Shown piece after piece: positions 37,140 to 46,509 of a DNA stretch of 56,261 nt. Origin of the DNA: a virus (Duplodnaviria; Caudoviricetes); IMG/VR virus record IMGVR_UViG_3300012953_006616, positions 1 through 56,261 of that record; one strand, given 5' to 3'. The notes below the pieces were generated by a model. That model was not told the DNA's origin. It made no database searches and saw nothing but the letters and a program-made list of their open reading frames with translations. The translations under genes were made by a program, and so were the position numbers. Positions within the stretch are counted from its first letter, which is position 1, and each line of letters opens with the position of its first letter.

Positions 37140-37484
37140 TCAATCAGAAATACCATGCTTGATTCTAAAAAAATCAATTGCACCTTGTACGCCTATATAT
37201 ATGCAAGCAACAAGAGTCCAATCTCCCGATTCCAAAGTGCCAAGGCCAAGAAAAGTAGAAGCAAGAGCAAATGTTAGCAGTTTTCTGCTAATTAGTTTAT
37301 TTAAAACAACATCAAGTAGTGCTCCTGTTTTTGCAAGCATTTTTGCATTCCAGGATACTTTCTGAAGTTTAGTTTCTACTATCTGAGAAGCATCTTTTAT
37401 TTCTTCTTTTATATCTTCGATTATTTTTTTTCTTTCTCTGTTAGCCATTGTGGTTACCTCATAATAAAAATGATACAGGCACAA
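37140..37484 (-). CDS. Putative holin-like membrane protein
   Basis: KLISRKL followed by two hydrophobic segments ending YIGVQGAID. Confidence 0.5.
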   Translation of the reverse strand: MCLYHFYYEVTTMANRERKKIIEDIKEEIKDASQIVETKLQKVSWNAKMLAKTGALLDVVLNKLISRKLLTFALASTFLGLGTLESGDWTLVACIYIGVQGAIDFFRIKHGISD

Positions 37485-37535
37485 AATATGCCTGCATCAT
37501 TATATATCATTATAATATATATATTACCACGTTTT

Positions 37536-37979
37536 CTAACTAGTTGTTGAGAAAGATTCTGAACTAACAGTTTGTGGTGTAGGGTAATCGCTTTCAGCTA
37601 CATCAGTATCAAGCTCCTGAGTTGTATCAGTTGCCTCAGCTGTAGAGCGAATGCGATCCAAGAAATGGACTTTTTCAGCATTTACCTCAAAGGTGTTATG
37701 CTTTACTCCATTTCTATCTGTAAAAGCGCGAGAGCGGATTGGGCCTTCAATGCAGACCTTACTTCCTTTCTGAAGGTAGCGTGAGCAAACTTCTGCAAGT
37801 CCATTCCATACTACTACATTAATCCAATCAGTTTCTCTAATTAGTTCGCGATCTTCGCCTTGACCTGAGTAATAGCGTCGATCAACAGCAATTGCAAAGT
37901 TGGTAACACTACGACCAGATGGTGTAGAGCGAAGCTCTGGGTTAGCACCCAGATTTCCAATTCCAGTCCAAGAATTCAT
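37536..37979 (-). CDS. ssb: Single-stranded DNA-binding protein
   Basis: GNLGANPELRSTPSG..F.IAV..TDWINVVVW..YLQKGSKVCIEG. Confidence 0.95.
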   Translation of the reverse strand: MNSWTGIGNLGANPELRSTPSGRSVTNFAIAVDRRYYSGQGEDRELIRETDWINVVVWNGLAEVCSRYLQKGSKVCIEGPIRSRAFTDRNGVKHNTFEVNAEKVHFLDRIRSTAEATDTTQELDTDVAESDYPTPQTVSSESFSTTS

Positions 37980-38033
37980 AATTTTTAATACTCCAATTTA
38001 TTATATAGTAAATGAATATATTTCATATACTAT

Positions 38034-38058
38034 AAAAAAGGCGGTCACAAGACCGCCT
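38034..38058 (-). terminator. Intrinsic terminator
   Basis: AGGCGGTC-TTGT-GACCGCCT-TTTTT. Confidence 0.8.
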
Positions 38059-38060
38059 CA

Positions 38061-38516
38061 TTATTTTTGAATAAATTTTGTATTAACTGGATATTTATAA
38101 TTTAAATATTGATCAACTGCGATATTAGCTAATAAGTCAGCAAGCTTATTATACCTATTTGCAGAGTGACCTTTTACCCATTTGAAGCTTATTGAATCGA
38201 ATTCTTTTTTTAATTCAAGGATGCTATCTACTAGTTTTGTATTAGATTTTATTTCCCAATCTTTAGAAAGAACTCCAATTGAATATTTTGAGTCGGAATA
38301 TATAGTTATATTTTCACCGGACATACCACTAGCTATAAGTATCGCTAGTGCATATTTGATAGCACTTAGCTCCGCTGCGTTATTTGTCATTTCTCCAAGA
38401 TGCTTTTGATATACTTCTATTTTATTGTTTTTATTTATTATAACAACGCCAGCCCCAGCAGCTAATTCGTTTCTTCTCCAAGAGCCGTCAGTATATACTT
38501 GTATTTCTTCATTCAT
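38061..38516 (-). CDS. rnhA: Ribonuclease HI
   Basis: YTDGS, TNNAAEL, SDSKY, WVKGHS..N..AD. Confidence 0.93.
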   Translation of the reverse strand: MNEEIQVYTDGSWRRNELAAGAGVVIINKNNKIEVYQKHLGEMTNNAAELSAIKYALAILIASGMSGENITIYSDSKYSIGVLSKDWEIKSNTKLVDSILELKKEFDSISFKWVKGHSANRYNKLADLLANIAVDQYLNYKYPVNTKFIQK

Positions 38517-38751
38517 ATTTATCTTTTATTTTATTATGGACATATTTAAACCAAACTAAATCATATATATAATATAATATAGTTGAAACTATATTGATAG
38601 CTATTGTCATTTCAATAGATTTATATATATCATCAAGATAGAGCTGTGTCATAAACAAACCGAATGGTATTGCAATGAAAAGTCTCCAAATAATTGCTTT
38701 TAAAGCAAGATTATTTTTTGTTTGTTTTGGAATTAAACTTGAGCCCGACAT
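38509..38751 (-). CDS. Small membrane protein (DUF2061-like)
   Basis: KAIIWR..YYIYDLVW. Confidence 0.55.
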   Translation of the reverse strand: MSGSSLIPKQTKNNLALKAIIWRLFIAIPFGLFMTQLYLDDIYKSIEMTIAINIVSTILYYIYDLVWFKYVHNKIKDKYE

Positions 38752-38918
38752 ATAATGATAATCCTGAGAAGAGTGAGATTAGCATAAGATTTTGATCACT
38801 CAGATAGGTACCTAATCCAAATAACATTACATTAACAGTTATCAAGGATATATATAGATATTCTAATTTCATTTTTTTTCTAAGAATTAAAAAAACGAAA
38901 TTGGAGGTAAATTTTTTT

Positions 38919-39659
38919 TCAAATTTCGTTTTCTATAATGCGATTTTCTTTATAAGTTTCAAATGCAATGGGCCAGCAACTTTTAGCTATGGCTTTGCAA
39001 GCATTAGCTACTTGCTGTATCTCCCATTGTGCTCCTTCATGTGTTCTAAGATCTATAAATTTTAAAAGATTACTTAAATTTACTGTACCATAATATGTAG
39101 TATACATATTTTGAGGCAATACGCCACGGGCTTGCTCCCTGCAGACACCATTTTCCAATAAATTGTTAAATAGGTCAAGAGATAAATTGTGATGCTCTTT
39201 TATTATATCTGATGCGAGACCCTTGCTTAAAGCATAATTTATATTTGGATTTATTTTATCTTTATTTGAAGCCTGCCTGTTGCTTTCATGCTGAGTCCTA
39301 AAAGAATCAGGTTCATAAAATTCCATATTTATTGAAGTGTACCTTCTAGATATTTCATTATAACTCCAAGTTCTGTGACGGTGGTGCTGACTACGCACAA
39401 AAAGAGGTACAATAAACCTAAACGTAATAACATTGTGTTCAAATGTTGACGTATGTCTATGTTTGACCAAATACTTAATAAGTTTTTTATCTTTTTCATT
39501 TAATTCGTTCCTTGTTCTACCAAAAGAAACTCGTGCACTATTAACAATAGTTAAATCTGAACCCATGTGTTCTATGTAGTCTACACGACCAATGCCATCG
39601 TTATACAAGGGGCATGATTGAATAATTTTATCAGTTTCAGTATATGATGCAGTTATCAT
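38919..39659 (-). CDS. thyX: Flavin-dependent thymidylate synthase
   Basis: ARVS, HTSTFEH, RHRTWSYNEISRRY, AQWEI. Confidence 0.96.
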   Translation of the reverse strand: MITASYTETDKIIQSCPLYNDGIGRVDYIEHMGSDLTIVNSARVSFGRTRNELNEKDKKLIKYLVKHRHTSTFEHNVITFRFIVPLFVRSQHHRHRTWSYNEISRRYTSINMEFYEPDSFRTQHESNRQASNKDKINPNINYALSKGLASDIIKEHHNLSLDLFNNLLENGVCREQARGVLPQNMYTTYYGTVNLSNLLKFIDLRTHEGAQWEIQQVANACKAIAKSCWPIAFETYKENRIIENEI

Positions 39660-39901
39660 AATTCTCCATAGTCTGTTATATTTTCGATAGTTATAGAATT
39701 GGGGCCAGAAGATACATATGTGCTTGTTTTATGATTACCTTTTGTAATAATCATATTTGAATATTTTATATCTTTGGTTTTTAAGATTTGTTTTAATTGA
39801 TTTGTAGCTGTAGCCCCATCATGAGAGCCGCAGAAATTCATAATTTTTGGATTATAAGAATCGTCAAAATCAAGTAAGACGACTGTGTATATCATATTCA
39901 T
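39656..39901 (-). CDS. Hypothetical protein
   Basis: Coupled ORF. Confidence 0.55.
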   Translation of the reverse strand: MNMIYTVVLLDFDDSYNPKIMNFCGSHDGATATNQLKQILKTKDIKYSNMIITKGNHKTSTYVSSGPNSITIENITDYGEL

Positions 39902-39945
39902 TTTAGCTATCCTTTGAAAGTTAAATTATATTATAATTATTGTAG

Positions 39946-40479
39946 TTGGTATTATTGATGAAAACTCCTAAAAGGAAAATCACTCGCCGTAAAAGGCGTT
40001 TAAAAAAGCCTAAGCTAAATAGATTGATTCTTAGAAAGAAGAAATCTATTAAAAAATCTAATAAAAAACAGAAACCAAAGTTAAGCGCCAATAAGCTTAA
40101 ATCATGGTCAAGGGCTATAAGAACTAGAGATAAATATACGTGTATATCTTGTGGATCTAAAAAGAATGTTCACGCTCATCATATGGTCTCAAAGTATTAT
40201 AGGCCTAAATATGCTTTTGTAATAGAGAATGGCATTACATTATGTTTTGTATGTCATATGGGTAAGGGAGGGGTTCATGATAAAAAAAGAAAACCCCTCA
40301 ACAAGTTTATATCCAGGTTGAGAGGTATTTATAAAAAGCATGATATAAATGCTGCTATAGGGATCGGTCGGGCCCTCGGGGCATACTCGACTCTCGATCC
40401 GCCAAAGAAGGATAATCGGCAGTACAGGCCATATTCAAGGCTATTTGTATCCGCTCCTTCAAAGTCCAGAAAACCATAG
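39946..40479 (+). CDS. HNH endonuclease with very basic N-terminus
   Basis: RDKYTCISCG..HAHH..NGITLCFVCH..H. Confidence 0.85.
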   Translation: MVLLMKTPKRKITRRKRRLKKPKLNRLILRKKKSIKKSNKKQKPKLSANKLKSWSRAIRTRDKYTCISCGSKKNVHAHHMVSKYYRPKYAFVIENGITLCFVCHMGKGGVHDKKRKPLNKFISRLRGIYKKHDINAAIGIGRALGAYSTLDPPKKDNRQYRPYSRLFVSAPSKSRKP

Positions 40480-40615
40480 TAAGGTTTTCTTCTTCGTTCA
40501 TAAGGCATTCATTTCTTGGCACGCCAAGTTCATCTAAATAAGTATGAGCTTTTCTTAATTCTTTTTTAGTTATTTTAACTTGATTGTTTTCAGCATCAAT
40601 AAACATGGATGTCAT
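40355..40615 (-). CDS. Hypothetical protein
   Basis: SD present; 3' end overlaps the HNH gene. Confidence 0.45.
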   Translation of the reverse strand: MTSMFIDAENNQVKITKKELRKAHTYLDELGVPRNECLMNEEENLTMVFWTLKERIQIALNMACTADYPSLADRESSMPRGPDRSL

Positions 40616-40630
40616 TTCATTTTTCCTAAA

Positions 40631-41359
40631 TTAATCGATATAATTTTCTGTAGATTTAATTAAAGATGTATTGAATGCAATACTAATTCTGTCGTCGTGA
40701 GCTTCATTAATATTGACTTCATGCATAGTGTCGCTTTTAAAAAGAACGAATGAGCCTTCTTTAGGTATAATTTCTTTAGTGTTAATATTTTCGTACATAT
40801 CGTTTTCTTTTAAAACAGAATTACTTGGTTGACCTATTTTATTATGTATAATTAAGTTTCCAGAATTTTTTGGAACTTTTAAATAATAAACTCCAGAATA
40901 ATCACATCTTGGATGAGTATGCAAGATATTTCTGTGATTATAACTGCTAACATTAGCCCATCCTTGAAGAGTCATACTGTAACTAGGTATAGGTATGTTT
41001 TTGTCTACTCGGCTAGTAAGCAATATCTGGTGAATAATTTCTTTAATAATGCTAGCTAATGGAAATAATTCTTCATTTTCAAATATCCCATCATAAGAGT
41101 GCCAACCACCCCTGTTGGATCTATTTAAGCCTTCGGGGTCTGATTTTTTTAATGAATAAATTAATTTAATTATTGATTCATTTATTAAATCATGATTTTT
41201 TAAATCAAAAATCCAAATTGGATTAGTAAAAGAATGATTTGGTTTAATTGCATTTATTTCTAAAGGTTTGCCAGAATAGCTATTAATATATTCATTAATA
41301 TTTTTACTTATCTCATTCATTTTATTCTTTTTGTTTAACAATGATATCCGCGATGCCAT
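40631..41359 (-). CDS. 2OG-Fe(II) oxygenase family protein
   Basis: [30 protein letters not shown]; likely start MNEISK near 41320. Confidence 0.85.
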   Translation of the reverse strand: MASRISLLNKKNKMNEISKNINEYINSYSGKPLEINAIKPNHSFTNPIWIFDLKNHDLINESIIKLIYSLKKSDPEGLNRSNRGGWHSYDGIFENEELFPLASIIKEIIHQILLTSRVDKNIPIPSYSMTLQGWANVSSYNHRNILHTHPRCDYSGVYYLKVPKNSGNLIIHNKIGQPSNSVLKENDMYENINTKEIIPKEGSFVLFKSDTMHEVNINEAHDDRISIAFNTSLIKSTENYID

Positions 41360-41909
41360 ACTCTATTGCTTGTTCTGCATCAAGAATATAATCTCTATCG
41401 GTATCATTTTGAATTTCATCAAAAGTTTTTCCGGTAGCATCGGCAAGCATTTGATTTAGTTTAACCTTGAGTCTAACTATTTCTTCTGCAGCAATTTGTA
41501 TGTCGCTAGCCTGGCCTTGAGCACCGCCTAAAGGCTGGTGTATCAAGACTCTTGAGTTGGGTAGTACATATCGCTTGCCTTTTGTTCCAGAAGCAAGGAG
41601 TATAGCTCCCATGCTTGCAGCCTGGCCAATGCAAATTGTTTTGATATCTGATTTTATAAAATTCATTGTATCTACGATACCTAAGCCTGCAGTCACATGG
41701 CCTCCAGGAGAATTAATATAAAAAGATATATCTTTTTCTGAATTTTCATTATCTAAAAATAAAAGCTGAGCGATTATAGAGTTTGCAACTTGACTGTCAA
41801 TATCTGTTGATAAAAAGATAATTCTATCTTTTAGCAATCTACTATAAATATCGTAAGCTCTTTCGCCATCATGTGTTTTTTCCACTACTGTGGGTACAAG
41901 TCTGCTCAT
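41322..41909 (-). CDS. clpP: ATP-dependent Clp protease proteolytic subunit
   Basis: [27 protein letters not shown] (Ser), IHQP (His), DRD (Asp). Confidence 0.97.
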   Translation of the reverse strand: MSRLVPTVVEKTHDGERAYDIYSRLLKDRIIFLSTDIDSQVANSIIAQLLFLDNENSEKDISFYINSPGGHVTAGLGIVDTMNFIKSDIKTICIGQAASMGAILLASGTKGKRYVLPNSRVLIHQPLGGAQGQASDIQIAAEEIVRLKVKLNQMLADATGKTFDEIQNDTDRDYILDAEQAIEYGIADIIVKQKE

Positions 41910-41910
41910 T

Positions 41911-42246
41911 TTATACTCCTGAGTATACTAGTAATCCTAATATTGCCATAGCAAACCCAACGAGAACACATATTAGACCTGGAACTACCAGGCTATTAAT
42001 ATCTTTTAAAGTTGTATTTGATGCTAAAGCTTTAAGATTAGATTTCTTTTGTTTTAATTTCAAATCTTCTTTTTCATCTGCAGATAGCGGGACATAAAGA
42101 ATATCATCTTCATATAAACAGTTTTCAATTTTTTGAATAACATTGTTTATATTTTGTTGTAAATCTTTATTTTGAGCTATATTTTCTGTTTTAAAACATG
42201 AAAGTGCAGTTAAAATTAGATGTTTTTCGTCTACATTTAGTTTCAT
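41911..42246 (-). CDS. Hypothetical protein with C-terminal TM
   Basis: Hydrophobic C-terminus. Confidence 0.6.
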   Translation of the reverse strand: MKLNVDEKHLILTALSCFKTENIAQNKDLQQNINNVIQKIENCLYEDDILYVPLSADEKEDLKLKQKKSNLKALASNTTLKDINSLVVPGLICVLVGFAMAILGLLVYSGV

Positions 42247-42257
42247 TTGACTAAATC

Positions 42258-42719
42258 CTATGAATTTGATCTTAAGGCAGTTACAGGATAATTTTTTGTT
42301 AATTCAGATGAACTTTGTATTTTTCCACCACCTACATTCCATAGCATTTGAATATTTAATTCTTTGCATAATATAATTTCAGGTGTATTGGTTTTAACTC
42401 TGTCGCCACCGTTTGCAAAATAATTTGGTTTAATTTCTGCAAGTGTATTGCAAACAGTACCGTCAGTATCATCAGCTAGTATAACTTTTGTTACGCCTTT
42501 AATAGCATAAAGAATTTCTTTTCGCTCTTCAAATGGCATAAATTTATAACCCTTTTTTCTAATTAGCCATTGATCGCTATTTAGTATGACTATAAGATTA
42601 CCATATGTTGCGGCTTCTTGTATCATTCTTATATGGCCAATATGGATTGGGTCAAACCCACCGCTTATAGCGATTGTATCATATGGTGTAGCCATATAAT
42701 CTCCTATATGTCGTCCCAC
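42258..42719 (-). CDS. Cytidylyltransferase-family protein (TagD/RibL-like)
   Basis: SGGFDPIHIGH, LNSD..KKG, FANGGDR, SSS; likely start MATPY. Confidence 0.88.
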   Translation of the reverse strand: MGRHIGDYMATPYDTIAISGGFDPIHIGHIRMIQEAATYGNLIVILNSDQWLIRKKGYKFMPFEERKEILYAIKGVTKVILADDTDGTVCNTLAEIKPNYFANGGDRVKTNTPEIILCKELNIQMLWNVGGGKIQSSSELTKNYPVTALRSNS

Positions 42720-42901
42720 CCATAGGGTAGTCCGTTTATTTTATTTTGAAGTCTAAGTCTTAAGGCTAATGCTTTATGACCGTTTTCAGGTAGGCTATCT
42801 ATACAGTTTTCCATTTCCTGTACGGAAGCATTTTGATTTTTAAGTAATATTTTTGCAGTAGTGTAAGCTTCTGACCTATTACTTCTTTCTTGTTGATTCA
42901 T
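42704..42901 (-). CDS. Hypothetical protein
   Basis: ATG 42901 behind AAGGA; track start lies inside the tRNA. Confidence 0.5.
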   Translation of the reverse strand: MNQQERSNRSEAYTTAKILLKNQNASVQEMENCIDSLPENGHKALALRLRLQNKINGLPYGWDDI

Positions 42902-42923
42902 ATGAATTCCTTTTATTAATAAA

Positions 42924-43000
42924 TGGCACGCCCGACAGGATTCGAACCTGTGGCCCACGGCTTAGAAGGCCGTTGCTCTATCCAGCTGAGCTACGGGCGC
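42924..43000 (-). tRNA. tRNA-Arg(TCT)
   Basis: GCGCCCG..ACGGC-CTTCTAA-GCCGT..GGTTCGAATCC..CGGGCGT-G-CCA. Confidence 0.95.
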
Positions 43001-43013
43001 TCATTTGTTATCT

Positions 43014-44066
43014 TTAGAAGATATACCTTATTTCTGTTTTTGGTAGATTTTGATTAATAAGGTGCTTAAAATTTTGAATATATTTTGCTTTATCTTTCCA
43101 TTTGTATCTTAAATTATGCCCACCATAAGTGCTAATCTTATCTTCTTGTAAACTTGGATTCCATAACATTTTTTCTGCTTTTGGATGCCAAACTTCATTA
43201 ATATCATGAAGTTGTTTGTTGTGAGTTAAAAAGATAACTTCAGCTTTTAGTTGAGCTTTCACTTTGTCGCTTACAGAGTCATTTATAGAGGTAAATAAGA
43301 GTTGATAATCTTTTTCCCAGCCATCGTACACGATTACTGGAGAGAAATTTAAATGAACTTCATATCCAGCATCATAGAAAGATTCTATTGCTGAAATTCT
43401 TTCCTGAATTGGAGATGTTCTAACGTCAACTAGCTTTGCTACATGATCTGGCATTAAAGAAAATCTAATTCTAGTTTTCTTTTGTGGATCATAATTTAGC
43501 ATATCTTTATTTACATACTTTGTAGCAAAACTAGCTTTTGCGTTAGGTATATTTACAAATGACTGAATAGTTTGTTTTGGAATATCAGATATTATTGCAT
43601 CTGCAGATATATCATTGTTACAACCTATATCATAAGTCCAATAAATTGGATCACATTGATTTGATATTTTTTTTGGTTGTTTAAACGCATGCTTTTTTAT
43701 AGAAGATAAGATTTCTTCTGAATTTACAAATATAGTTGCTGGATTTGCATATCCCTTTCTTCTTGCAACGTAGCAATACGTACATGCCATTGCGCATCCA
43801 TTCGCAAAACTTGGTGAAATAAAGTCTGTAGACCTACCATTTTCTTGGAATCTTAAAGAAGACAGTACACCTATAACTAGGTATTCTTTCTTAACTTTAT
43901 TCCACATTTTAGTTAAAGTTTTATTATTGTTAAGCTCTGGTATTTGCCAGTGGCTAGGAACTTCAACTATTTCAGCATTTGGATATTTTGTTAATATCTG
44001 ATTAGTAGCGGAATAGCTTTTTGCTTTAGTTTGTAAGTATATTTTTTTAATGTCTATCAAAGACAT
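43014..44066 (-). CDS. Spore photoproduct lyase family radical SAM protein
   Basis: GCAMACTYCY, FATKYVN, RIRFSLMP, GYEVHLNFSPV. Confidence 0.88.
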   Translation of the reverse strand: MSLIDIKKIYLQTKAKSYSATNQILTKYPNAEIVEVPSHWQIPELNNNKTLTKMWNKVKKEYLVIGVLSSLRFQENGRSTDFISPSFANGCAMACTYCYVARRKGYANPATIFVNSEEILSSIKKHAFKQPKKISNQCDPIYWTYDIGCNNDISADAIISDIPKQTIQSFVNIPNAKASFATKYVNKDMLNYDPQKKTRIRFSLMPDHVAKLVDVRTSPIQERISAIESFYDAGYEVHLNFSPVIVYDGWEKDYQLLFTSINDSVSDKVKAQLKAEVIFLTHNKQLHDINEVWHPKAEKMLWNPSLQEDKISTYGGHNLRYKWKDKAKYIQNFKHLINQNLPKTEIRYIF

Positions 44067-44123
44067 AATTTCCTACGCTGGGTTGATAAGTTAAAAAGGG
44101 GGGAGAGCCCAGTCGGGCTCATA

Positions 44124-44309
44124 TTAAGTTGGATCTATTAACCAGAAAGGACATGCTATTGGCATGCCTTCTTCGTAATAGGGTTTTTTTTGAATATTTA
44201 CAGTACCTTCTGGAGTTTCCACTATACATATAGATTGTTCACATCTATCAATAATGCATAGTGGGGGAGACGGTACATCGTAAGCGAATAGTAGTAATAT
44301 TAATATCAT
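44124..44309 (-). CDS. Small putatively secreted Cys-containing protein
   Basis: Hydrophobic N-terminus, 4 Cys. Confidence 0.5.
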   Translation of the reverse strand: MILILLLFAYDVPSPPLCIIDRCEQSICIVETPEGTVNIQKKPYYEEGMPIACPFWLIDPT

Positions 44310-44321
44310 TTTTACTCAAAG

Positions 44322-44397
44322 TGGAGCCATTGATAGGACTTGAACCTACGACCTGCTGATTACAAATCAGCTGCTCTACCAATTGAGCTACAATGGC
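44322..44397 (-). tRNA. tRNA-Thr(TGT)
   Basis: GCCATTG..CTGA-TTTGTAA-TCAG..GGTTCAAGTCC..CAATGGC-T-CCA. Confidence 0.95.
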
Positions 44398-44550
44398 TAA
44401 GGTATATATGTGTTTTCAGTTATATTAAATACGGTGTTATCTGGTGGGATAACTGTTTTATTTAATAAAAACAACATAAATAATGCTCCAACGAGCATAG
44501 TTAGTATTGCTTGAAATATATAATCAGATAACAATTTAAATCTCGTAATA

Positions 44551-44645
44551 CTGGAGCGGAAGGATTCGAACCTCCAAGCTAAATAATAACATTATTTAAC
44601 ACCTGAGAAACAGTCAGGCGCGTTTGCCAGTTCCGCCACACCCCA
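44551..44645 (-). tRNA. Atypical tRNA, anticodon GTT, long variable arm, no encoded CCA
   Basis: TGGGGTG/CGCTCCA-G acceptor, D-arm TGGCGGAACTGGCAAACGC, CCTGA-CTGTTTC-TCAGG, V-arm GTTAAATAAT-GTT-ATTATTTAGC, GGAGG-TTCGAAT-CCTTC. Confidence 0.8.
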
Positions 44646-44652
44646 ATTATTA

Positions 44653-45024
44653 CTAGTTTGTAGTTTCTAGATCTTCTAGCCAAGCTGGGCCACCAGCCCA
44701 TAAACCGTTTGTATCAAATCCGGGAGGAATACCAACTGGAATATTATAGGTAGTATTTAAAAATGCTAATATTGCTGCTATATCAGCAGAGTTAATATTA
44801 TTTAATTTTTCTGATAAATAACTATAATGTAGAAATGTATCAGTACCAATAACAATTGATATACCTGATGTCATTCCATATTTCATCCAAGTAAGTAGGA
44901 TTGAATCCTCACTGTAAGGCGAGTATTGTTTTTTTGAATCATTAAGAAATATATTTGAAACATTTTCTTGAATGAAAAATTTATAAGTAGTACTATTACC
45001 AGGAGACCATTCGTGATATTTCAT
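44653..45024 (-). CDS. Hypothetical protein
   Basis: Coupled ORF. Confidence 0.65.
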   Translation of the reverse strand: MKYHEWSPGNSTTYKFFIQENVSNIFLNDSKKQYSPYSEDSILLTWMKYGMTSGISIVIGTDTFLHYSYLSEKLNNINSADIAAILAFLNTTYNIPVGIPPGFDTNGLWAGGPAWLEDLETTN

Positions 45025-45437
45025 GATACATCCTTTTCAATTTCATGAGTTTGTTGCCAAAATTCTTCTTTCCAAGAAGTTTCATGCTCATTCATGTGGT
45101 AAACTTTATCACCCTTAATTGTAGACATGATGGTTTCGCCTACATGCCATGCTGTTGAGCCAGTTTCTTTATTGTGATAATGCCAGGCTCCTCGGCCAGT
45201 TGTTTTGGCTTTTGTATCACATCTTATTATATGGGTTGATGTTTCTTTAACCCAATCCATAGTAATTTTTTCTTCATATACTACGGTACAGGGATAAGTA
45301 TACCCAAGTTCTTTTCGTTCAATCATGATCGAAACCTTTGATATTTGTTGAAAGTTAATTGGTTTTGATTTTTTTAAATTAAAATCAGTTCCAAAATGAT
45401 TTATTTTTATACGACCTTTAGGATTATCTGAAAACAT
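45021..45437 (-). CDS. Hypothetical protein
   Basis: GAGG SD. Confidence 0.65.
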   Translation of the reverse strand: MFSDNPKGRIKINHFGTDFNLKKSKPINFQQISKVSIMIERKELGYTYPCTVVYEEKITMDWVKETSTHIIRCDTKAKTTGRGAWHYHNKETGSTAWHVGETIMSTIKGDKVYHMNEHETSWKEEFWQQTHEIEKDVS

Positions 45438-45677
45438 AGTACACCTCTAATAAGAGTATACTATTTATTTATTTTTTCTTTCCATTTCTTGAGTTTCAAA
45501 GAGTATTGCTAAATTAGCAATACAATACTCTATGTTGAAAGCTTCAAGAAAAGTGTAATGCTTTATAAGGAAATCTGTATAAAAAAAGCTTCTTACTTTT
45601 GATGTAAACCAAAAATAAGGAGCTTTAAATGGTACATACAATAAATGTCTGTATATTAATATCCTTTTCATAAGAAA

Positions 45678-45784
45678 GGGTCCTCTTGGGCTGACTTTAT
45701 ACCAGCCTGCAATCTAAGGTATAGAAGTGAAACACAGGTCAATATGAGGGACTCCCGTCGGAGTTTGCAGAGCCTGTAAGACCT
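45678..45784. ncRNA. Candidate structured RNA (~107 nt)
   Basis: GC-enriched intergenic island with several complementary pairs (see findings). Confidence 0.4.
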
Positions 45785-45795
45785 ATTATATAGGA

Positions 45796-46119
45796 TTAGC
45801 AAGAAGATAAGGAAATTTCTTTTTGAAGATAAGATGCAATAGATGATAAAAATTCATTTAAATGTTTATCATTAGATTTTATAGTTAAATCTTGTATTTT
45901 TGTTTCAAATAATTCAAGTTCTTTTTTATCTAAAAGCTCTATTTTATGCATAAGTACAGAAAAATAATCTAAGCATATAGCTACTTTTTCTTTACTTGTC
46001 CTAGAGCTTTTTACTAGATTTATTCTTTTATTATTTAGTGATTTTATCTTTGTCATAGCTATACTGGAAGGGCTTGCCAAAGCCCTATGTATTAAATAAT
46101 TTAAGTTGGTTCTTATCAT
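45796..46119 (-). CDS. Hypothetical protein
   Basis: Small ORF; start uncertain. Confidence 0.5.
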   Translation of the reverse strand: MIRTNLNYLIHRALASPSSIAMTKIKSLNNKRINLVKSSRTSKEKVAICLDYFSVLMHKIELLDKKELELFETKIQDLTIKSNDKHLNEFLSSIASYLQKEISLSSC

Positions 46120-46509
46120 ATTCTGCTTCTTCCTCTATATTTTTTAATATTGAGGAGATATTTTTTATAAGTATCTTTCTAGCTTTATTGTTTGAAGTGT
46201 TAGAGCGAAGAAATTCTATACCAGAAATAGTTTTTTGTATTTCTTTTATAGCTTCATCTAAAGTATATTGCATTATGAATTCTCTTTTGCTCTCACGTAT
46301 GCCTTAGAAAGCATAGGGATAGAAGAGCCTAGAGTTATAATTCTTGCAAAACCATCGACTAACATTAAGCTAGCAATTATAATATTATTAAGCCTGCGTT
46401 TAATTTGTGATGGTTTTTCATTTTTTAGATATGGGTTGTATTCTTGTTCCATGATTTTATCCATTGACATTCTTTGTATAAGAATGATTATATAGTATAG
46501 GGGATATTT

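Noticed and set aside
28717-38058. Shared GGTC-ACAA-GACC core in two hairpins as a repeat family
   Set aside because: Only two copies, both explained as terminator-like stems.
39946-40479. HNH gene as the homing endonuclease of the split dnaE intein
   Set aside because: It lies about 25 kb away with nothing linking it; free-standing HNH genes are common in phages.
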